Source: Marinicella sp.
Lineage (GTDB): Bacteria > Pseudomonadota > Gammaproteobacteria > Xanthomonadales > Marinicellaceae
Assembly: GCA_965230295.1 (NCBI GenBank)
Contig: OZ246001.1
Location: 3,232,001-3,296,000 of the forward strand
Direction of reading: 5' to 3'
Length of the DNA stretch: 64,000 nucleotides
Part shown: piece after piece, positions 58,250 to 64,000 of the stretch
Numbering within the stretch: the first letter of the stretch is position 1
How the letters are laid out: every line of letters begins with the position of its first letter
Program-made: the position numbers and the translations under genes
Notes under the pieces: generated by a model
Told to the model about the DNA's origin: nothing
Database searches by the model: none
Seen by the model: only the letters and a program-made list of their open reading frames with translations

Positions 58250-59333
58250 TTGCAGGTGTCCTGTTAAGTATGTGCTTGGGGAGTTTCAGGATTACCGAGT
58301 GATTTCTGTCGGTTGAAGAGATTTTAAGGTCATGAGCATCCGGGTAAATCAACTCAAGTTGGCGCTGCAAGTTTCTTAACCCAATAGGCTCATGTGTCAC
58401 ATTTTTTGGTGTGGTATTTGGCTTGCTGTTTTCTATGGTAAAAATAATGTCATCACCCTTGTCGTTGATAACTATATTGATGTGAGCTTGGTCTAACTCT
58501 TGAACCACTCCATGTTTAAAAGCATTTTCAACCAATGTCAAGAACAACAAAGGTGCCACTTGGGTGGTTTCTTTGATGTGGTTTTTTAAACTGACGTGAA
58601 CGCGATCACCATAACGAAGTTCTTCCAGTGCCATATAATTTTCAATCATTTCCACTTCGTCATCTAAGGACACAAAGCGCTCATTACAGCGGTACAACAC
58701 ATAATCAAAAATACCAGAGAGTTTCGCCACGGATTCGGCAGTTTTATCAGATCCATTGATGGCCATGGAATAAATGTTATTCAGGGTGTTAAAAATAAAG
58801 TGTGGGTTGAGTTGGGTCTTGAGGGCGTTCAACTCTGCCGCGTGTTTTTGTTCCTTGTATTCAAGCAGACGTTGTTGTTTTTCATAAAAATTTGCCGCGA
58901 TCAGAATCACTGCCGGAAACAGCAATGTGGGTATTTTAGAAATGATGATGTATCTGATCATGTCTGAAAACCCCAACCTTTCCAGCAGAGAGTAATCACT
59001 TAGGTTGGTGTTGTAGTAAGCACCATAGGTTAGGGGGTAGGTGGGTTCCAAATATAAATAGCTCACGGTGATGAATAATTCCGCAACCATAAATGCCAAT
59101 AGCAATATCAGCATGGTGAATGCAAAGTGGCGTTTTTGATCCAAGAATTTTGGGACTAAAAGGTTTATGCCAATAACAGCAACCAGCCATTGAGATATTG
59201 TTTTTAATCCACCCACCTCCATTGCTTCTTTGAACGAAGCAAAACGATGCCAGTCATAGCCGAGATTAATCATGAAAACCACCATCCAAAATGCCATGAT
59301 TAGGCCTGATTTTTTATTGAGTATAGTTAACAA
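58242..59333 (-). CDS. LytS-type sensor histidine kinase
   Basis: QLNPHFIFNTLNNIY, LVENAFKHG, IGLRNLQRQL. Confidence 0.92.
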   Translation of the reverse strand: MLTILNKKSGLIMAFWMVVFMINLGYDWHRFASFKEAMEVGGLKTISQWLVAVIGINLLVPKFLDQKRHFAFTMLILLLAFMVAELFITVSYLYLEPTYPLTYGAYYNTNLSDYSLLERLGFSDMIRYIIISKIPTLLFPAVILIAANFYEKQQRLLEYKEQKHAAELNALKTQLNPHFIFNTLNNIYSMAINGSDKTAESVAKLSGIFDYVLYRCNERFVSLDDEVEMIENYMALEELRYGDRVHVSLKNHIKETTQVAPLLFLTLVENAFKHGVVQELDQAHINIVINDKGDDIIFTIENSKPNTTPKNVTHEPIGLRNLQRQLELIYPDAHDLKISSTDRNHSVILKLPKHILNRTPAND

Positions 59334-59403
59334 ATTGCTTTGTATTAGGCAGTTGAGTGGGCTTTAGTATAGCTGATTTGAACCTGGGATTTGGCTGGAC
59401 TTG

Positions 59404-59450
59404 TTCAATGAAAGTACTTTAATCGACGAACGATCTGTTTTCGTCGATCA
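59404..59450 (+). promoter_or_regulatory. Candidate LytTR direct-repeat boxes
   Basis: tcaatgaa (59404), tcgacgaa (59423) and tcgatcaa (59443), between the LytS/LytTR pair and the divergent operon. Confidence 0.45.
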
Positions 59451-59569
59451 ACCAGTGATGCAACCGTTTTAACGGGTTCATGCGCAAAATTTCCCGTTTG
59501 GTCTAGTAATGATCTCACCGGCCTGATTCAAAGAATAAGCTGGGCCCTCATTCAAATACTCAGGAATTA

Positions 59570-60571
59570 ATGATGAACACTAAAAAAATCGGGTATGTCA
59601 TGTTTTTCATGCTGTTTGTGACATCAATATCGGGAGTGGTTAATCAAGCCAACGCTTTAGATATGGAATCACACAAAGGTCATGTCATTGGTGCAGGCCG
59701 TGCCGTGTTGGTTACAGGAGCCAGCTCAGGCATTGGTAAACAAATTGCCATCACTTTATCGGAACAGGGTTTTTTTGTTTATGCGGGCGCCAGAAAAACC
59801 AAAGACATTGCGGCACTGAGTGCCATGCCAAATATACAAGGCATTCGTTTGGATGTGACTGTTCAAACTGACATAGATGCTGCAGTCAAGCAAATCGAAG
59901 CAGGTGGGCGGGGTTTATATGGTTTAGTCAATAATGCCGGTGTGTTTCTTTTTGACCCCTTGATCGAAGTGAGTGAGCGAGATATGCAATTCATTATGGA
60001 TGTCAATCTGATGGGACCTTATCGGGTCACCAAAGCGTTTGCACCTATGATCATGCGCCGCAAAGGGCGCATTACCACCATTGGCTCTGTTGCCGGGTTG
60101 TTTTCAGGCCGGTTATTTGGTCCATATGGCATGTCAAAATTTGCGATTGAAGCATACTCAGAAGCTTTGGCCAGTGAAATGAAGAAATTTGGTGTGGCAG
60201 TGGGTGTGATTGAACCAGGTAATTTTCGCTCGAACATCATGCAGAACATGGCAGCACGTATCAAAAAATTAAACGAGGGTGATGACCATACCCTATACAA
60301 GGAGGAAATTGAGCGATTTGCTGGCTTTGCTAAGACTGACCGATCTGATCATGCTGCACCAACTCCCGTGGCTGAAGCTGTGCTGCATTTTATGGTTGAT
60401 GAAAATCCACATTTCAGATATTTGGTCACACCCAACCAGCAAGAAGCAGATTTGACCATTAAAAAATTGATCAGTAAATTGGTGGCTATCAATCGGGGTC
60501 AATCACACCGCATGAGTGATGCAGACTTGTTAAATGCGTTGAAAGTCGCATTAGACAAAGAGCAACCATGA
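59570..60571 (+). CDS. SDR oxidoreductase with signal-peptide-like N-terminus
   Basis: TGASSGIG, NNAG, YGMSK. Confidence 0.92.
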   Translation: MMNTKKIGYVMFFMLFVTSISGVVNQANALDMESHKGHVIGAGRAVLVTGASSGIGKQIAITLSEQGFFVYAGARKTKDIAALSAMPNIQGIRLDVTVQTDIDAAVKQIEAGGRGLYGLVNNAGVFLFDPLIEVSERDMQFIMDVNLMGPYRVTKAFAPMIMRRKGRITTIGSVAGLFSGRLFGPYGMSKFAIEAYSEALASEMKKFGVAVGVIEPGNFRSNIMQNMAARIKKLNEGDDHTLYKEEIERFAGFAKTDRSDHAAPTPVAEAVLHFMVDENPHFRYLVTPNQQEADLTIKKLISKLVAINRGQSHRMSDADLLNALKVALDKEQP

Positions 60572-61920
60572 CGTCGATCAGAGAGAAAATCACCCTGGTT
60601 ACACTGATGAAGCCTGACGAGCAGAAAGCAGCATTGGCTTCCTTTGTTATGGTTTTTATGCTGATGGCCGTTTACTTTATTTTGCGGCCAGTGAGAGATG
60701 CCATGGCCAGTGATTGGACTGACACTGAGGTGAGTTTGCTGTGGAATATTCAATTCTTTTTAAGCACTGGCATTGTCATGCTGTATTGTTTAGCCATCAA
60801 TCACATGCGCTTCAAGCATGTGGTTCCCGCCGTTTATTCCCTATTCGCCGTTTCATTTCTGGCTTTTTACTTCTTGACTCAGCACATCATTGAACTGTTT
60901 TGGATTGAAAAAGCATTTTATCTGTGGGTCACGTCTTTCAGCTTATTAAATATATCTGTGTTTTGGAGCTTTATGAGTGAAACCTTTTCCAAGAGCCAAG
61001 GTAAAAGGTTGTTCCCTTTTATTGGTGCGGGTGCCAGTGCCGGGGCAATAGTGGGGCCTGCAGTCCCGGCTTTATTTGCTGACTTTTTGGGGTTGTCAAG
61101 CTTGATGCTGATAGCGGCAACGGGTTTATTGTTGGTTATTCCCATCATTCTGTATCTACTGAAAAATCAACAGCAAATCCATCCAGAAAAGACACGAATG
61201 ATCGCTGACCACCTAAAAATGCAGGGCCAGTGGTGGAGCGGCTTCCGAGACACCTTCACCCATCCACTGTTGTTGGGTATTGCAGTATTTATTTTGCTCT
61301 ATGTGTTTGTCAGTTCGTTTGTGTACTTTCAGCAGAAGAATTTATTGGCGGAATTCAGTCGCTCTGATCGGGCCCAGATTCTGGGTGCGATTGATTGGTT
61401 GGTTAACGTGTTGACCTTTGTGTTTGCCATCGCGATTACCGGAAGGATGGTTAGGCGATTGGGCATGGGGTTGACTTTGGCATGTGTACCTCTGGCTTTG
61501 GTTTTCGGTTTCATGATATTGGCATTTGCGCCAATGGTGGTGATCTTACTTGGAGTACAAATGGTTCGACGCGTTGGTAATTACGCCATCACTCGACCAG
61601 CCAGAGAAATGTTGTTCATTCAAGTCGACCGGGAACAAAGATTTAAAGCCAAACCGGTGATAGATGTGGCGGTTTATCGAGGAGGGGATGCGGTCAGTGC
61701 ATCTGCATTTGCAGGATTGACTGATGGTTTAGGTGTTGGAATGATTGGCATGTCCCTCATAGGTACAGCTGTTGCTGGTTTTTGGGCAATGGCCGGTTTC
61801 TTCATAGGCAAACGATTTACTGGTATCAAGGGATACAGTAACCAAAGGGCTTTAGTCATACCAAATCTCAAAACAAACTTAAATAATTTAACAACAGGAA
61901 AATCTAATGAAAACTCTTAA
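60568..61920 (+). CDS. NTP/NDP-translocase-like MFS transporter
   Basis: YFILRPVRD, FWSFMSETF..QGKRLF, PAREMLF..RFKAKPVIDV.VYRGGD. Confidence 0.85.
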   Translation: MTSIREKITLVTLMKPDEQKAALASFVMVFMLMAVYFILRPVRDAMASDWTDTEVSLLWNIQFFLSTGIVMLYCLAINHMRFKHVVPAVYSLFAVSFLAFYFLTQHIIELFWIEKAFYLWVTSFSLLNISVFWSFMSETFSKSQGKRLFPFIGAGASAGAIVGPAVPALFADFLGLSSLMLIAATGLLLVIPIILYLLKNQQQIHPEKTRMIADHLKMQGQWWSGFRDTFTHPLLLGIAVFILLYVFVSSFVYFQQKNLLAEFSRSDRAQILGAIDWLVNVLTFVFAIAITGRMVRRLGMGLTLACVPLALVFGFMILAFAPMVVILLGVQMVRRVGNYAITRPAREMLFIQVDREQRFKAKPVIDVAVYRGGDAVSASAFAGLTDGLGVGMIGMSLIGTAVAGFWAMAGFFIGKRFTGIKGYSNQRALVIPNLKTNLNNLTTGKSNENS

Positions 61921-62455
61921 AATGAACAACGGTTTGAAACTCAGCTTATTGGTTGCGGTTACGGTTTTGAATCTATTTTTACCAGTCACACATGCGAAAA
62001 ACAATGTGGTGGAAAGCGATGTGGCCATAAAGTCCGAAGTCAAGCAGTTTTTTGACACTTACTTAAAGACCTATAACCAACGCTTTGGGCGACCTGACAG
62101 AACTGAATCGTTCATCAATTCACTGTCAAACTTGGTTCATCAACCTTTTATCATGTCACCACCAACGGGTGCACCTTTTCAACCTAAGGATCAAGCAGCT
62201 TTTACCCAGGTATTTAACGGGTTTGTTCAACAACTTGAAAAGAAAGGTGCGGTAAAATTGACATGGAAATCGGTTGATTTTGAAATCCTGTCTCCCAATA
62301 AAGTCTTGGCCAATAACATTGGAATTGCCACGAATGTAAAGGGTGATGTGATCTATGAAACCATTTCAGTCTATTTATTGTATCGCAGTGAAGATGGCTG
62401 GAAAATTGTCTTGTTCAGTCCTTATGAACTTGAACGCAGTGTGGTTTTGAATTGA
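61907..62455 (+). CDS. Secreted NTF2-like protein
   Basis: Signal peptide; EVKQFFDTY...YLLYRSEDGWKIV. Confidence 0.65.
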   Translation: MKTLKMNNGLKLSLLVAVTVLNLFLPVTHAKNNVVESDVAIKSEVKQFFDTYLKTYNQRFGRPDRTESFINSLSNLVHQPFIMSPPTGAPFQPKDQAAFTQVFNGFVQQLEKKGAVKLTWKSVDFEILSPNKVLANNIGIATNVKGDVIYETISVYLLYRSEDGWKIVLFSPYELERSVVLN

Positions 62456-62659
62456 TCTTACAAACATTATTTGAGTGGGCCCAAAGAAATGTTCTTTGGG
62501 CTTCATGTTCATCAGGTGAAAGTTTCATTGCTGAGCAAAGCCACGCCATCTGCGGAGAATTGCTCATCAGTTTGACAGTGGAATCGACAAACGTCTGATC
62601 GGTCATGTTGGAGTTGATTCGTTAGTCACATCAGGGCCCATGTTGTGTATTAACAACAA

Positions 62660-63502
62660 TCAGGCCGATAGCCTGACTGAGATCTCTTTCAGGCGGATCA
62701 ATTGTTGGATTTGTAGTGGTAACATGATGATGTTTTCAATGTAATCCAAGACATACATTAATACCGAAAAAACCAGCCCATACTTCAGCACCCCAGCTTC
62801 AATAACGGTTATTGGTGCATAGAGGAATAGGGCAATGGCTGCCAGCCAAATGATCAAATAATTAAATGTTTCCAAATCCGAAAGCTTGATATTCCACAGC
62901 ATCAGACTGTTAAAGTGCCGAGCGATCAAAGCAGGCTCTTTTTTTTCAATCACCAGAACTTGCTTTTCCAGCTGGTTGTTGTATTTTCTATTAAGCGTGA
63001 AGTTCAGTTTGCCAGTGAAAAGATAAACCAGTATGATCACCAACATCAGTGTTAGACAAGCCCAAAAAACATTAAGATTCAGGTTGGCAATGATGATCAA
63101 TATACCTAGTAATGCAATGATTCCGCCAATTGCGGTTGGCATAGAATCTTCTAAAAAATCAATGAACTCTGTTAATAGGCTTGAGCGGGCAGATATTTTT
63201 GAAGTTGAGCTGTTCTTGTGTAATTCATTGTCCACCATTTCAGGTGCAATCTGACAATAGATGCCGGAATAAATTCGGGTGTCATAAAACCGGCGAGCAC
63301 TGCCAAATACCAATGAGGCCAATCCCAGCAAAGCCAAATTGATGATACCATCATATTTTTGTTCGAGTAAGTCATTGATCGCAAGACCAATGAACAGTGG
63401 AAAAAGTACACTTAACAATGATTCGATGACAACCAAAGCCACAGTGAAAGATATCCGCCATTTGAATTGTTTGATGAGTTTTTTGATTGAAATTTTATAC
63501 AT
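62660..63502 (-). CDS. Stand-alone ABC six-transmembrane-domain protein (ABC_membrane_3-like)
   Basis: PLFIGLAINDLL, RRFYDTRIYS, EFIDFLE, LSDLET; no NBD. Confidence 0.8.
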   Translation of the reverse strand: MYKISIKKLIKQFKWRISFTVALVVIESLLSVLFPLFIGLAINDLLEQKYDGIINLALLGLASLVFGSARRFYDTRIYSGIYCQIAPEMVDNELHKNSSTSKISARSSLLTEFIDFLEDSMPTAIGGIIALLGILIIIANLNLNVFWACLTLMLVIILVYLFTGKLNFTLNRKYNNQLEKQVLVIEKKEPALIARHFNSLMLWNIKLSDLETFNYLIIWLAAIALFLYAPITVIEAGVLKYGLVFSVLMYVLDYIENIIMLPLQIQQLIRLKEISVRLSA

Positions 63503-63554
63503 AATTAGTTTTTAGAGAGACTTTTTCAAGAACAAAACCATGCCAGTAAGCGGG

Positions 63555-64000
63555 TTATTTTGGTTTGATTCCTTGATTGAGGGACCTGAATGCATACTCA
63601 GCAACCTCTTCAAAAGAGTTTTGATGTGCTTTCTGTGACACGTATCCGGCATAAAACAAACCTTCTATCATGTTCACAACCCAAGTAGAGGGCAGTGATT
63701 GACAGATGCTGCCTTCGGCTTTGCCCATGTTAACCAGATCCAACATTTCTTTTTCCTGTCGTTCCAAAATAGCCATCACATCTGTGTCTTCTTCTGCCCA
63801 ATGTCCTAAATTCGCTAAAAACTGAAACTCCTGAGTTAATGGCATGGCCAATTTAAACAATAAGCGGATGGCGTCAATGGCTGAGGTGGCCTGTTGATCA
63901 ATCGGCCCGGTGGCTTCATCGAATCGTTCCAGGCAAAAAAAGGCTATCGACCTGATGAGTTTTTCTCGATTGTTGAACAATCGATACAGCGTGGCCCTAC
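63555..64000 (-). CDS. TetR-family regulator, 5'-truncated by the window edge
   Basis: Frame is open to the edge: RATLYRLFNNREKL (TetR HTH). Confidence 0.85.
   Translation of the reverse strand, partial: RATLYRLFNNREKLIRSIAFFCLERFDEATGPIDQQATSAIDAIRLLFKLAMPLTQEFQFLANLGHWAEEDTDVMAILERQEKEMLDLVNMGKAEGSICQSLPSTWVVNMIEGLFYAGYVSQKAHQNSFEEVAEYAFRSLNQGIKPK

Noticed and set aside
62484-62506. AAGAAATGTTCTTTGGGCTTCAT resembling the 5' end of the modular element
   Set aside because: Only about 23 bp of similarity, and I could not align the downstream scaffold. It may be a degenerate copy but is not supported enough to list.

Overview
AT-rich bacterial chromosomal window (gene content and the C-terminal DxIFxxxF[DQ] motifs suggest a marine gammaproteobacterium of the Marinicella/Wenzhouxiangella type; this is inference only). 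From left to right it holds: the 3' end of a probable polymorphic toxin with a PD-(D/E)xK nuclease tip and its overlapping immunity-like gene; a hybrid two-component sensor; an SLC13 permease; a Ser/Thr-kinase-rich signalling island (kinase + ECF43-type sigma factor, three secreted proteins, FHA-GAF-GGDEF cyclase, second kinase-TPR, small acidic protein, FHA-wHTH regulator); an MBL hydrolase; TspO; two LytS/LytTR pairs; an RND pump; a beta-propeller-PAS-GGDEF-EAL protein; a nine-gene accessory type II fatty-acid synthase operon with its own acyltransferase and PPTase but no FabG; and several housekeeping or accessory genes. The strongest non-obvious signals are four. (1) A family of five dispersed intergenic elements built on a shared hairpin scaffold, with compensatory base changes and swappable, nested insert modules. 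(2) An identical TGACAGT-N16-CGTAT promoter-like motif upstream of both the kinase-ECF operon and the secreted-protein operon next to it. (3) A shared 9-residue C-terminal motif on four unrelated secreted proteins. (4) A compact Ser/Thr kinase-FHA module that may connect to both c-di-GMP synthesis and transcription. No rRNA, tRNA, CRISPR array or transposase was seen.
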